Of a stretch of 64,000 nt of DNA, positions 40,330-50,202 are shown in pieces (within the stretch, counting starts at the first letter, position 1; every line of letters starts with the position of its first letter). The notes under the pieces were generated by a model, which worked only from the letters and a program-made list of their open reading frames with translations, searched no databases and was not told where the DNA came from. Made by a program: the position numbers and the translations under genes. This stretch comes from a virus (taxonomy: Duplodnaviria; Caudoviricetes), in the IMG/VR virus record IMGVR_UViG_3300011008_002712, one strand, 5' to 3'.

Positions 40330-40788
40330 ATGAAAAGATTAATAAAAAAATCGCAATCTCAAACAACTGGTACTGTTGTTGTGTGGGAAGAAATAGAAGA
40401 CTTTATTTCAAACAGTAAGTATAAGGATTTATTAGATACAACCAAATATAAAAGAAATTTTAATGGTAAAAATGCAACAATAGGTGTTTTTGGCATTGTA
40501 AAAAATTCAAATCCATTGCAATTAGTAGTTGTAGATATATATGAATTTGTTAATATTCAAACTAATGAATATATTTGCGCTATAGAAGTAGGAGAAATTA
40601 AAATCAAAGACATAGACAAAAAAAATTTTGACATTATCATGGTTGATGATGGAATTTTTGGTCTTTATATTGAAGAAAAATCAATGGCTGAAATTATTAA
40701 TGACGGGAATTTTCATGAAATTATATTGTCATTTGAAGATAAAAATTTATTTAAAGACAAAGTATACGTTGATTATTTTGGATTATAG
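40330..40788 (+). CDS. Hypothetical protein with C-terminal motif (VYVDYFGL*)
   Basis: AAGGA RBS; motif family member. Confidence 0.7.
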   Translation: MKRLIKKSQSQTTGTVVVWEEIEDFISNSKYKDLLDTTKYKRNFNGKNATIGVFGIVKNSNPLQLVVVDIYEFVNIQTNEYICAIEVGEIKIKDIDKKNFDIIMVDDGIFGLYIEEKSMAEIINDGNFHEIILSFEDKNLFKDKVYVDYFGL

Positions 40789-40797
40789 GAGAAAATT

Positions 40798-41376
40798 ATG
40801 ACACCTCAGGAGACAAAAAAATCAATTGATGAAAAGTACAAAATGTATAACGAACTTTATCATGAATTCATTCCATTTTTAAGAGACAATGTGTATTCAT
40901 TGATTAAAGATGATCAATGGCTTGTTCTTTTTTCTCCACAAAAAAGAGTAAAAAATGATAATTTGGAAGAAATAAGAAGAGGCGGAATGAATTTCATAGC
41001 TAATAACAGACGCAAAGGCAATCAATTTCCTGTTCGCATTTCATGTGAAGCTTGGAAATACGAAGATGAAAATTACATAAAGAAAAACGATGAAGTAGTA
41101 GTAGAATGTAGAATCAATTTTACAGACAACAAAACATATTGGGATTTATCAACAAATAGCAAATATGATTATTTGTGGAATTTTTATCTAGAAGAAAAAA
41201 GATACTTTGAAATAAAGCAGCTTTTGCAGGATATGCTATTGTTGTTTTCAATCGATCCAGAAGAACAACAATACTACCCGAGGGCATTTAATCGCCATTT
41301 CAATAGACCAATTTGGGAAATTACATTGGAAGAATTAAGACAAGCAAATCACAACAAAACGATAGTATTAAAATAG
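40798..41376 (+). CDS. Hypothetical protein, tandem paralog A
   Basis: Shares WLxxxxPQK and FNRPIWEITLEELRQA with the next gene. Confidence 0.75.
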   Translation: MTPQETKKSIDEKYKMYNELYHEFIPFLRDNVYSLIKDDQWLVLFSPQKRVKNDNLEEIRRGGMNFIANNRRKGNQFPVRISCEAWKYEDENYIKKNDEVVVECRINFTDNKTYWDLSTNSKYDYLWNFYLEEKRYFEIKQLLQDMLLLFSIDPEEQQYYPRAFNRHFNRPIWEITLEELRQANHNKTIVLK

Positions 41377-41397
41377 GAAAATCAAAAAGGAGAAAAA

Positions 41398-41985
41398 ATG
41401 GTTTACAATCGTGCTTTTTATCTCAAAAAAGAAGATGACATAATTTATAAAAAGAAGAATGAATTTTATCACGAAATAATGCAATTACTAAGTCAGTTAT
41501 ACAACAATCTTAATGAACATGAATGGTTAATATTTGTTGCTCCTCAAAAAACTTCCATAAATTTTAATTCAACTGAAGAACAACGAAAAAGAGGATTAAA
41601 TATTCCTATGAACATTAAACATTCAAAATATTTGAATAGAAGAATTGATGGCATTATGCTGTTAGATAGTGAAACGTATAAAAAGAAAAATAATGAAATC
41701 ACTATAAAATGTATTATGGAATTGACAGATTTGAAGAAGAATTATTTTTTACTAAATGATGATGTATATTACGATCAATGTTTGACTCTTTTTTTTGACA
41801 AACGATATTATTTCGGAATGACGTTGTTGTTTTCTAGCATTTTGATGTGCTTTGCTTTTGGAGAAAATGAACAAAAATATTGTGCCGAATGTTTTGAGCC
41901 ATATTTCAATAGACCAATTTGGGAAATTACATTGGAAGAGCTAAGACAAGCTATTCATGATAAAAAAACCATAACATTTAAGTAA
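41398..41985 (+). CDS. Hypothetical protein, tandem paralog B
   Basis: Shares WLxxxxPQK and FNRPIWEITLEELRQA with the previous gene. Confidence 0.75.
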   Translation: MVYNRAFYLKKEDDIIYKKKNEFYHEIMQLLSQLYNNLNEHEWLIFVAPQKTSINFNSTEEQRKRGLNIPMNIKHSKYLNRRIDGIMLLDSETYKKKNNEITIKCIMELTDLKKNYFLLNDDVYYDQCLTLFFDKRYYFGMTLLFSSILMCFAFGENEQKYCAECFEPYFNRPIWEITLEELRQAIHDKKTITFK

Positions 41986-41996
41986 GGAGATAAAAA

Positions 41997-42824
41997 ATGA
42001 AACAAGATCTAATTCGAGTATTTGAAGATACTAAAAGATATTGTGCGGAAAATGAGTTTCTTCGAGAAGCCATTAAAAAATCTATAGCAAATACTCGTTT
42101 TTATGCAGAAAATGATTATCCTTCTTTTGAAAAGAAAGCTGTTTCTCCTAATGTCACAGTCACCAAATTCAAGACAATTGATTCTGCTAGTTATTTTAAA
42201 AGAAAATATCCAAACAAAAATATTTGCATACTTAATTTTGCTTCTGCAACAAATCCAGGTGGTGGCGTTGAAGTTGGTTCAACAGCTCAAGAAGAAGCAA
42301 TTTGTAGAACTACAACATTATATCCAGTTCTTAATACAGAAACAAACATGAAAAATTTTTACAATATGCATCGAGCAAGAAAAAATGCAATATACACAGA
42401 CTCAATTTTATATACACCTGGTATATGCATTATTAAAAGCGATACCGATATGCCATCTAGATTAAAACCAGATAAATTTCAACAGATTAATGTTATTACA
42501 TGCGCAGCTCCAAATCTTAGGATTCATCCGAATAACAAATTCAATCCTGGGAATGATAAAGTTGCGCATCTTTCTGATGCAGAAATATATAATTTGCATA
42601 TAAAACGCGCTAATCATATATTAGCAGTAGCAGCTGCCAACAATAATGACATTATCATACTTGGAGCATTTGGATGTGGTGCTTTTCAAAATCCTCCAGA
42701 CGTTGTAGCAAAAGCTTATCATAATGTTATTATGAATTTCCCTTTTGAAGAAATCAATTTTGCTGTATACTGTTCGCCACACGATAAACGTAATTTTGAA
42801 ATTTTTAAGAAGGAATTTTCGTAA
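41997..42824 (+). CDS. TIGR02452/DUF2263 bacterial-type PARG macrodomain
   Basis: LNFASATNPGGG...AQEEAICR; ITCAAPN; ILGAFGCGAFQNPP. Confidence 0.9.
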   Translation: MKQDLIRVFEDTKRYCAENEFLREAIKKSIANTRFYAENDYPSFEKKAVSPNVTVTKFKTIDSASYFKRKYPNKNICILNFASATNPGGGVEVGSTAQEEAICRTTTLYPVLNTETNMKNFYNMHRARKNAIYTDSILYTPGICIIKSDTDMPSRLKPDKFQQINVITCAAPNLRIHPNNKFNPGNDKVAHLSDAEIYNLHIKRANHILAVAAANNNDIIILGAFGCGAFQNPPDVVAKAYHNVIMNFPFEEINFAVYCSPHDKRNFEIFKKEFS

Positions 42825-43003
42825 TGGACATTTTATCTTTTACAGTAGTAAATGTAAATAATGAAATTTGCAAAATAAATATGTTTTTAGGAATAATCAA
42901 TGCTGTCATTAAAACTCCAACTGAATGCAATGAAGCCATTATTTTTCATAAAGACATCATTGGTGAATATAAAGAAAAAATGATAATTACTTACGGTATG
43001 TAA
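42824..43003 (+). CDS. 59-aa protein (below track cutoff) with C-terminal motif (KMIITYGM*)
   Basis: Hand translation MDILSFTVV...YKEKMIITYGM; TAATG overlap with the PARG stop. Confidence 0.65.
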   Translation: MDILSFTVVNVNNEICKINMFLGIINAVIKTPTECNEAIIFHKDIIGEYKEKMIITYGM

Positions 43004-43020
43004 AATAGGGAGTTTCTAAT

Positions 43021-43326
43021 ATGAACAAAAAAATTCTTGATAACATGTATATGCACGAATATGTAAATTTTATTTTGCAATTTGTTTGCAAAAACAAAAT
43101 CAAAAACTACATCTATAAACGTTTAGATTCTAGTTGTCTTATCCCTAGAGTCTTAAGCAATAATTATACCATTAAAATCATACCAATACCAGCAGATAAA
43201 AATAAAGTCAATGCGCTAGTTCATTTCCCTGTTTACACAAGCGTTTTTAAATTAGATATCATTAATGATGTTGATACTGCTAAAAAAGACTTTATTACAG
43301 ATGTCGTAAAAGAAGAGGGATTATGA
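43021..43326 (+). CDS. Hypothetical protein with C-terminal motif (DVVKEEGL*)
   Basis: GGGAG RBS. Confidence 0.7.
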   Translation: MNKKILDNMYMHEYVNFILQFVCKNKIKNYIYKRLDSSCLIPRVLSNNYTIKIIPIPADKNKVNALVHFPVYTSVFKLDIINDVDTAKKDFITDVVKEEGL

Positions 43327-43835
43327 GTACTTATAACATTGCCTTTACTGGACATCGTCCTAATAAGTTATTTGGATATGATTTAAAACGAATTGAATAT
43401 CAAATTTTATTTGAACGCATTAAAACAACAACGGAAAATGAAATAAAAAAACATTCAGATTATGACGATTTTTTATTAATTCAAGGCATGGCTCAAGGCG
43501 TAGATCAAATGGCTGCTGTTGTTGGATTACAACTCAAAAAATTATATCCAATTAAATTAGAAGCTGCTATTCCATTTAAAGAACATTCGTTGAATTGGCC
43601 TATCCAAGCTCAAAATCTCTATAACAAAATCAAGTCACGCTGTGACTATGTCAATTTCATATCTGAAGAATACAATAATTTTTGTCTTCAAAAACGTAAT
43701 ATTTACATGGTTGATAAATGTAATTTATTGATTGCTGTTTATGATGGGACTCCCGGCGGAACAAGAAATTGCATTAATTACGCAAAATCAAAAAATAAAG
43801 CAATTATTTACATTGACTTGCTAAAAGGAAAATAA
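43323..43835 (+). CDS. SLOG-family (YspA/DUF1273-like) protein
   Basis: IAFTGHRP; GMAQGVDQMAA; LQKRNIYMVD; YDGTPGGTRNC. Confidence 0.88.
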   Translation: MSTYNIAFTGHRPNKLFGYDLKRIEYQILFERIKTTTENEIKKHSDYDDFLLIQGMAQGVDQMAAVVGLQLKKLYPIKLEAAIPFKEHSLNWPIQAQNLYNKIKSRCDYVNFISEEYNNFCLQKRNIYMVDKCNLLIAVYDGTPGGTRNCINYAKSKNKAIIYIDLLKGK

Positions 43836-43837
43836 AC

Positions 43838-44047
43838 ATGGACGAAATAGAACAAATTATTGACAAAGTAAATACATTTTACAATTTTCAAACTAAACGT
43901 CCGCAACTCATTGGCAATTTTGTTTATATAGAATTGTTAAATTATATAAACGATTATCATTTTCGAATTACATCAATTGTTATGTTATCAACAGAAATTA
44001 AAAATGGAGAGTATGCAAACGAAATGATTAAGGTGTATGGGCTATGA
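43838..44047 (+). CDS. Hypothetical protein with C-terminal motif (EMIKVYGL*)
   Basis: ORF track; motif family member. Confidence 0.7.
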   Translation: MDEIEQIIDKVNTFYNFQTKRPQLIGNFVYIELLNYINDYHFRITSIVMLSTEIKNGEYANEMIKVYGL

Positions 44048-44382
44048 AAAATAAAATTTTCTTTACAAAACGCGAAAGATCATTAATAAAAAAATGCTTC
44101 ATTCATGATTTCGATTATATGCATTATTTCCTCAATGTCTATATATATGACAGAAAACGTTTTACTGCAGAACGCGACCATATGTTATTTTATCCTGGCG
44201 CCATTTCTTATTTAGAAAAAAAATTAACTCTCAATAACAATTTTGTGGAAATTTGCATAGGAATAGATTTTACAACTGATCCATATAGTGATGAAAAAAG
44301 CACATTAAAATTTCATCATGTCTTATATAAAGATGGATCATTTGAACCAAATGATGAACTTATTAGAATAATTGGATTATAA
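44044..44382 (+). CDS. Hypothetical protein with C-terminal motif (ELIRIIGL*)
   Basis: ORF track; motif family member. Confidence 0.7.
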   Translation: MKNKIFFTKRERSLIKKCFIHDFDYMHYFLNVYIYDRKRFTAERDHMLFYPGAISYLEKKLTLNNNFVEICIGIDFTTDPYSDEKSTLKFHHVLYKDGSFEPNDELIRIIGL

Positions 44383-44399
44383 AGAAACATCTAAGGAGG

Positions 44400-44783
44400 A
44401 TGAAAATGAATACCATTGATGAAATCAAATATACGTTTAATGTGGATGAGTTTTTTGTAAATGTATTTTTTCATTGCAGCAGGCACGAAGAGTATTCATT
44501 TGTAGATTCTTTTGATTATAAAAACAACAACGGATATATCGATGAGAAATTAAAAAAATACAGAGAAAGATTTAAAAAATTGTATACAAATTGTTTTTAC
44601 AAAGATTGCATCGTATATACCGTTAACTGGTTATTCAATGACAAAATTTTTTCAACCATATTCTATGTAGACCAGGTATATATGAGTCCAGGCAAAGGAA
44701 TGCTATTTGAAGCTGGTGATACCAAGAGAAAAGATATCATTCGCCCTTTTAGCAACAATAAAAATTCATTTTTAATTGTCTAG
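44400..44783 (+). CDS. Hypothetical protein
   Basis: AGGAGG RBS. Confidence 0.65.
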   Translation: MKMNTIDEIKYTFNVDEFFVNVFFHCSRHEEYSFVDSFDYKNNNGYIDEKLKKYRERFKKLYTNCFYKDCIVYTVNWLFNDKIFSTIFYVDQVYMSPGKGMLFEAGDTKRKDIIRPFSNNKNSFLIV

Positions 44784-44804
44784 AAAGGAGATGAATAAAT
44801 TATT

Positions 44805-45707
44805 ATGACAAAAGAAGAACTTTCTACTCTATATCAAAACTTGCAAAAAGAACAAAAAGAAAAATATCCTCGTTATTTACATATTATGCAAGAATATTTT
44901 CCAGATCTTCTTCTAGAACCATTTGAGAGATTTAAAAAACAATTTTTGTCTCAAAGAAATCTAAAAGAATTAACAGAAGAAGAAAAGGAAGATTTGGATT
45001 TTGCTTTTAGTATAAAAAAAGACTGTTTTGCAAATTCTTCACTTTTTTCTGATTACAAAAATTTAACAGGAGAAGTTGATTTTAGTTTTATATCTAGACT
45101 TAAATTTTTTAATGATGAAAAAAAAGAAACACAAGAATTAGCAAAAAAAATTGGAAAAGAAAATATTAATTTTCTCTATGATTTCAAAAAATTATTTTAT
45201 TTTTTAGAGTCTCTTCACCCAATTTTTAATAAAAATTACGTAAGAGAATACAGAATAAATGAAGATTATTATTTGGACTCAAAAGTCCTTGAATTTAATA
45301 ATGAAGATGTTTTAATTACAGATCCATGCTACATTACTAAAGGTAATAATTGGGAAAAATCAAATTATGGAGAAAATTTTGAAGTTTTCGGAATGTCAAA
45401 ATATGCAACGAAATCAACTCTTTATGGAGACTGGAGTTGTACTGTATTTGACAAAGACTCTAAAAAACCGATTGGAGAATTCTGTGCTGATGCAGGTATG
45501 GTATCTATATTTTCTCTTGACGAAGTAAAAAAATTTTTAAATCCAGAAATTGAAGAATGGGCAAAAGAACATACATGGCGCGCTACCATCTTAAAAAATT
45601 ATACAGGAAAAATTCAAATAAAAACAGACTGCAATGACTACGAATTTTTTAGATATGTTGAAGGAACTGGCTCTATCAATTTTGTTGGAAAACAAACCGG
45701 ACTCTAA
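44805..45707 (+). CDS. Hypothetical protein (ITDPCY...YGDWSC...FCADAG); C-terminal half paralogous to 50203..50640
   Basis: ORF track; shared sequence blocks. Confidence 0.75.
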   Translation: MTKEELSTLYQNLQKEQKEKYPRYLHIMQEYFPDLLLEPFERFKKQFLSQRNLKELTEEEKEDLDFAFSIKKDCFANSSLFSDYKNLTGEVDFSFISRLKFFNDEKKETQELAKKIGKENINFLYDFKKLFYFLESLHPIFNKNYVREYRINEDYYLDSKVLEFNNEDVLITDPCYITKGNNWEKSNYGENFEVFGMSKYATKSTLYGDWSCTVFDKDSKKPIGEFCADAGMVSIFSLDEVKKFLNPEIEEWAKEHTWRATILKNYTGKIQIKTDCNDYEFFRYVEGTGSINFVGKQTGL

Positions 45708-45949
45708 CTATCAAAAGAAGGCATAAAAATGGAAGTAGAACCAATTCAAATCAGAATCAAAAAACCAGAAAATTGTAGTGAATGTCCAATGTGTCATCCA
45801 AAAGGAAAAAACGATCCATGGAATTATTGTTGTTTTGCGACAATGCAAGACATTGATATAAATAAATGGAATACAAAACGACATCAAGATTGTCCCATTT
45901 TATAACAAATTGTGTTTATATAGCATATGTTTTTAACGTATTCCGCAAA

Positions 45950-45988
45950 AAGTCTCCCACTTCAGCGAAGCAAGTGGGGGAGGTTCAC
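45950..45988 (+). mobile_element. Orphan IS200/IS605-type right end (subterminal hairpin plus GGTTCAC)
   Basis: TCTCCCACTT-CAGCGAAGC-AAGTGGGGGA-GGTTCAC resembles tnpB-element right ends; no tnpA or tnpB nearby. Confidence 0.55.
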
Positions 45989-46007
45989 AGAAAGGAGATT
46001 TACTGAA

Positions 46008-46499
46008 ATGCCACAGCGCGAAAGTGATTATCAGCACGACGAGCTCTGGAAGGATAAGAAAGGCCGTGAGATTACAATAGAACGTCTAAGCAAAGATTGG
46101 GCAACTGGCAAATATACCGTGCAATTTTGGCATGAACAAAAAGCATATACTATGGACATGGAGGAGTTCGAGAAGGAATTCACCCATGTCGAAGAGTCGC
46201 GCGACTATATCATAAAGTATGCTATTAGCGGCAAGAAAGAAGAATTCGACACGCCTCAGGAAGCCGCAAAATTCCTGTTGAAATATTGCGACACAGGAGA
46301 CGTTGCGATAGAAGAATGCATATACGCAGGTGAAAAAAACTACCGCATAGGTTCTATGTATTCATTATACTTCTGGAATCCTTGGGAACATGGAGAGGAT
46401 GTGCTCGATGAAATCGCGACCGGCAAAATACCTAAAGAATGTGCCACCTCATATACGAAATACAGCAAAGCAATTATGGAGGGAACAAAATTTGGCTAA
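46008..46499 (+). CDS. Hypothetical protein (start MPQRESDY), higher-GC segment
   Basis: AAAGGAG RBS; the track ORF 45927..46499 extends upstream through the hairpin. Confidence 0.7.
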   Translation: MPQRESDYQHDELWKDKKGREITIERLSKDWATGKYTVQFWHEQKAYTMDMEEFEKEFTHVEESRDYIIKYAISGKKEEFDTPQEAAKFLLKYCDTGDVAIEECIYAGEKNYRIGSMYSLYFWNPWEHGEDVLDEIATGKIPKECATSYTKYSKAIMEGTKFG

Positions 46500-46974
46500 G
46501 AAATATGTCGTAGTAGAAGCAGGTTGGGATATTAAAGCAGACCCATTTGTCTGGGTTGATGGCCCGTTTAATAACTATGAAGATGCTAAAAATGATTTTG
46601 ATGCCAAGCTGATGATGCAATTGGGAATGGACCCAAACGATGATGAATACATTAAGGAATACCAACACAGCAAATGTAGTAAAGTTGATAAGTACGATGA
46701 TTATGATGAACGTTATCTGTTGTCAATACAAGTGTTGGAGAATGAATAATGATAGAGAACAGGCGATGCAACGACTGATGTACATATCTTTGCGTCAAAG
46801 AAATGCCTGCACATGTAACGAAACAGAGCCGAGAGAGGTGTTGCTAGGTGTTCTCAATATCGATAGAATATAAAACGACATCAAGATTATCATATTTTGT
46901 AAAAACAGCAAATTATGTTTATATGCAATAAAAACGTGCTATAATATTATAGATTTTAAGGAAGGGAGATTCTA

Positions 46975-47355
46975 ATGAACAAAGACCAAAAACTTAGAGA
47001 CTCTATTGTCGAACCATATTTTACTTCCAAAGCATATTTTGGTGGGTGTAGATCATATCGTTATCTTCCAGTAGAAATAATGGAAAAACTCATATCTTTG
47101 GATTTTGTCAATCTTGATGAACGTTTTAATGATTCTCCAAAAATAAAAGTATTTGTAGAATTTGCTAAAAAATATAATGCTACTTTTCATGGTTATACTG
47201 TATCTGCTGAACGCAAAGATTATAGATTTTCAGTAGAAGGTATAGAGCATAATGCCTCTCTATCTAAAGAAGAACTAATTGATTTTATTAATATGTTCAA
47301 AAAAGCAAATACGATCAAAGTCAAAGATGATTATCTATACTGCTGGTTTGATTGA
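46975..47355 (+). CDS. Hypothetical phage protein
   Basis: FNDSP...FHGY...R.S.EGI...YCWFD. Confidence 0.75.
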   Translation: MNKDQKLRDSIVEPYFTSKAYFGGCRSYRYLPVEIMEKLISLDFVNLDERFNDSPKIKVFVEFAKKYNATFHGYTVSAERKDYRFSVEGIEHNASLSKEELIDFINMFKKANTIKVKDDYLYCWFD

Positions 47356-47824
47356 AAGGAGGAATCTATTTATGAATAAATTTTTTACAACAATAGAAGA
47401 ACTAAACGTAAATGACATTATTGGCACGGATGCCGGACCAAAAAAGATTTTATCTATCACAAAGTCTTCAAATAATGATTTTACAATCATTTGCGAAGAT
47501 AATGTGATCATAGAACGAACTCATGATCAAGGTAATTGTATAACAAAATTTTTACCCGATGTAGTTCCATCTGTTTCTTCTGTACAAGAACTTCAATCTT
47601 TTATAGACAAAAAACGATTGATAGTAGAAGAAATTGATTCTGGATCTCTTGATATTGGAGATATCATAATCCTTGATGATAATTCACTAGTAACGGTTTT
47701 AGATGTCGTGCAGCCACGTTGTCCAGACACTCATGCAAAAATAGTAGTAGGAATTAATAAACAACCAAATAATGTTTTTTCTACATTTAGAGATACTCCA
47801 ATTAAGGTGGTTAGAATTCAATGA
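47279..47824 (+). CDS. Hypothetical protein (probable start MNKFF)
   Basis: AGGAGG RBS before MNKFF. Confidence 0.65.
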   Translation: MILLICSKKQIRSKSKMIIYTAGLIERRNLFMNKFFTTIEELNVNDIIGTDAGPKKILSITKSSNNDFTIICEDNVIIERTHDQGNCITKFLPDVVPSVSSVQELQSFIDKKRLIVEEIDSGSLDIGDIIILDDNSLVTVLDVVQPRCPDTHAKIVVGINKQPNNVFSTFRDTPIKVVRIQ

Positions 47825-48577
47825 GAGTAAATGCTCGTCAGATTATTCCAGTAAAAATAGACATGTCAGAACAAGAAGCTATTATTGCTATATTAAAAAA
47901 CCGTGGCTGGTATGATGAAGATATTTCTGTACAAAATAATATGTTGATTCTTTCTAGGGAAGGGCATGACGATAAAATCATATCAGAAGACCCGAACGAT
48001 GTTAAAATTTTTTTACATTTAACAACAATATTGGACTTGGTGGAAGAATGAAAACACAAACTCATTTTATAGCAAAAAATATAAAAACAAATAGATTAGT
48101 ACGAGTTGCAAGATACTGCAGTAAAGGCGCTATACCGGTTTGGTGCGATCAGTATCTTTGCGAAGATGGAAAAAATTTATATTTCATGGAAAATCCAAAA
48201 AGTGAAAAACTTGTAAGAGTATATAAAAATGATTTTTTTATAAATGACAAAGATAAAATCTATTTTGTACCAAAAAATGACTTTGAAAAAAATTACATTA
48301 TTTGCAGTAAACGTTCAACTAAATAGCTATAGGAGAATAAAATGTTCGAATTAATCATATCATTTACATTTATTTTTGCAGCTACTATTACTGTGTGCAT
48401 CTTATCATTTTTGTGTTCCAGATATACAACTTCTATACTAAAAAAACACAATGTATCAGAAAATGATATCATTAAAAACGCATTTAAATGAAAAAATATG
48501 TAATTATTCTTTTTATTTTGGAAACGATTATCGCGTTATTAGATTCATTTAATAAATTCAAATAGGAGGTTATTTAC

Positions 48578-49123
48578 ATGAAAAACATTTTAATCGTAAT
48601 AGCTCTTTTTATAGCAGCTTTTTCTATTTTCAATTACAACAGCATTCAATCTTCAAGAGTCAATGTAGATACTGCATGGGCACAAACAGAAAATCAAATG
48701 CAGCGCCGAGCAGATTTGATTCCTAATCTTGTCAATACAACAAAAGGCTATGCAACTCACGAAAAATCATTATTTACAGAATTAGCTGCTGCTCGTTCAA
48801 AAGTTAATAATGCATCTACTCCTATAGAAAAAGATCAAGCTAATGCTGAGCTTTCTTCTGTCTTATCAAGATTATTAATGGTAGTAGAAAATTATCCAAC
48901 ATTAAAAGCTGATGCTCATTTCAAACAATTAATGGATGAATTAGCTGGCAGCGAAAATCGCATTGCTGTTGCTCGTAGAGATTATGTACAAGCTGTACAA
49001 CAATATAACATAAAAATAACTACATTCCCAGGTGTATTATTTGCTAATATGCTAGGCTACAATACAATGGAGCAATTTAAAGCAGATGAATCGGCAAAAG
49101 TTGTTCCTAAAGTAGAATTTTAA
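48578..49123 (+). CDS. lemA: LemA-family protein
   Basis: AWAQTENQMQRRADLIPNLV; ENYPTLKAD; ENRIAVARRDY; FP. Confidence 0.93.
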   Translation: MKNILIVIALFIAAFSIFNYNSIQSSRVNVDTAWAQTENQMQRRADLIPNLVNTTKGYATHEKSLFTELAAARSKVNNASTPIEKDQANAELSSVLSRLLMVVENYPTLKADAHFKQLMDELAGSENRIAVARRDYVQAVQQYNIKITTFPGVLFANMLGYNTMEQFKADESAKVVPKVEF

Positions 49124-49135
49124 GGACTTGAATAT

Positions 49136-49885
49136 ATGAAAAAACTAAATATCATTTGTATTACATTACTAATTTGTACATTATTTATCGGTTGTGCAAA
49201 TGAAAAAACGAATGCCCAAAAACCAACTAATGACATTTATGTTGTTGATAATGCAAATCTAATTAGCGAATCAATAGAACAAAATCTATTATCTATTGGA
49301 AAAGATTTAGATAATAAATATGGTGCACAACTGATCGTATTGACTATCAATTCTTTAAACGGTGAAGATATAGAAACATTCTCTAATCGTACATTTAGAG
49401 AATGGGGAATCGGAAACAAAGAAAAAAATAATGGTGTATTGATTGTAGTATCTAAAAACGATCATAAAGATAGAATAGAAGTTGGCTATGGTCTAGAAGG
49501 AACTATCACAGACGGAAAAGCTGGTTCTATTTTATCGTCTATGAATCGTGAATTTAAAAATGACAATTTTAATTCTGGAATTGAAAACGCATATCTAGAA
49601 TTATCAAAATTAATATACCAAGAATATGGTGATTCACTAGCAGATGAAATATCTAAACAACAAGAAGAAAAAGATAAACAGAAGGCGATAGTCACAATTG
49701 TAGTCATTGTATTTGCTGCTGTCATGTTTATAATTCTTATGGACGGGAACATAGGAGGACGTTCTGGTGGCTGCGGCGGCGGGGGATTCTATTCTAGCGG
49801 CTCGTCTAGTTCATCTAGTTCTTCTGGAAGTAGTTCATTCGGTGGTGGCTCCTCCGGTGGAGGTGGAGCTTCTGGTTCATGGTAA
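49136..49885 (+). CDS. TPM-domain (YgcG-like) membrane protein with Gly/Ser-rich tail
   Basis: VVDNANLI; WGIG...NNGVL; RIEVGYGLEG; FGGGSSGGGGASGSW. Confidence 0.92.
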   Translation: MKKLNIICITLLICTLFIGCANEKTNAQKPTNDIYVVDNANLISESIEQNLLSIGKDLDNKYGAQLIVLTINSLNGEDIETFSNRTFREWGIGNKEKNNGVLIVVSKNDHKDRIEVGYGLEGTITDGKAGSILSSMNREFKNDNFNSGIENAYLELSKLIYQEYGDSLADEISKQQEEKDKQKAIVTIVVIVFAAVMFIILMDGNIGGRSGGCGGGGFYSSGSSSSSSSSGSSSFGGGSSGGGGASGSW

Positions 49886-50100
49886 CAAAGGAGAAAAATA
49901 TGCTAAAAAGACAAGACCAAAAATCAAACAAAACTAAATCTATCAAAAAAAATAGCAAAATAAAAAAACAACAAAATAGTCGTTCAGACGATTATGATGA
50001 TTATTTAGATAATTACACATCACCTTCATATATAGATTATTCAAGTAGTGACTTTGGTGGCGGAGATTCTGGCGGTGGAGGTTGTTCTTCTGATTGGTAA
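49879..50100 (+). CDS. Short protein with a TPM-like Gly-rich tail (DFGGGDSGGGGCSSDW)
   Basis: Duplicated tail motif; followed by a terminator at 50102-50129. Confidence 0.6.
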   Translation: MVTKEKNMLKRQDQKSNKTKSIKKNSKIKKQQNSRSDDYDDYLDNYTSPSYIDYSSSDFGGGDSGGGGCSSDW

Positions 50101-50137
50101 CAAAAAAGCAGCAAATTGCTGCTTTTTTTATAAACTA

Positions 50138-50166
50138 TTTACATATATGAAAACATATGTTATAAT
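50138..50166 (+). promoter_or_regulatory. Promoter TTTACA-N17-TATAAT
   Basis: Hexamers with a 17-nt spacer. Confidence 0.7.
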
Positions 50167-50202
50167 CTATTCAGAGAGAAAAATCAAGGGAGATGAATAA
50201 AT

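Noticed and set aside
33415-40788. Basic N-termini MNLIRRRIR and MKRLIKKSQ as a shared N-terminal targeting signal
   Set aside because: Only two loosely similar examples in the window, too few to support
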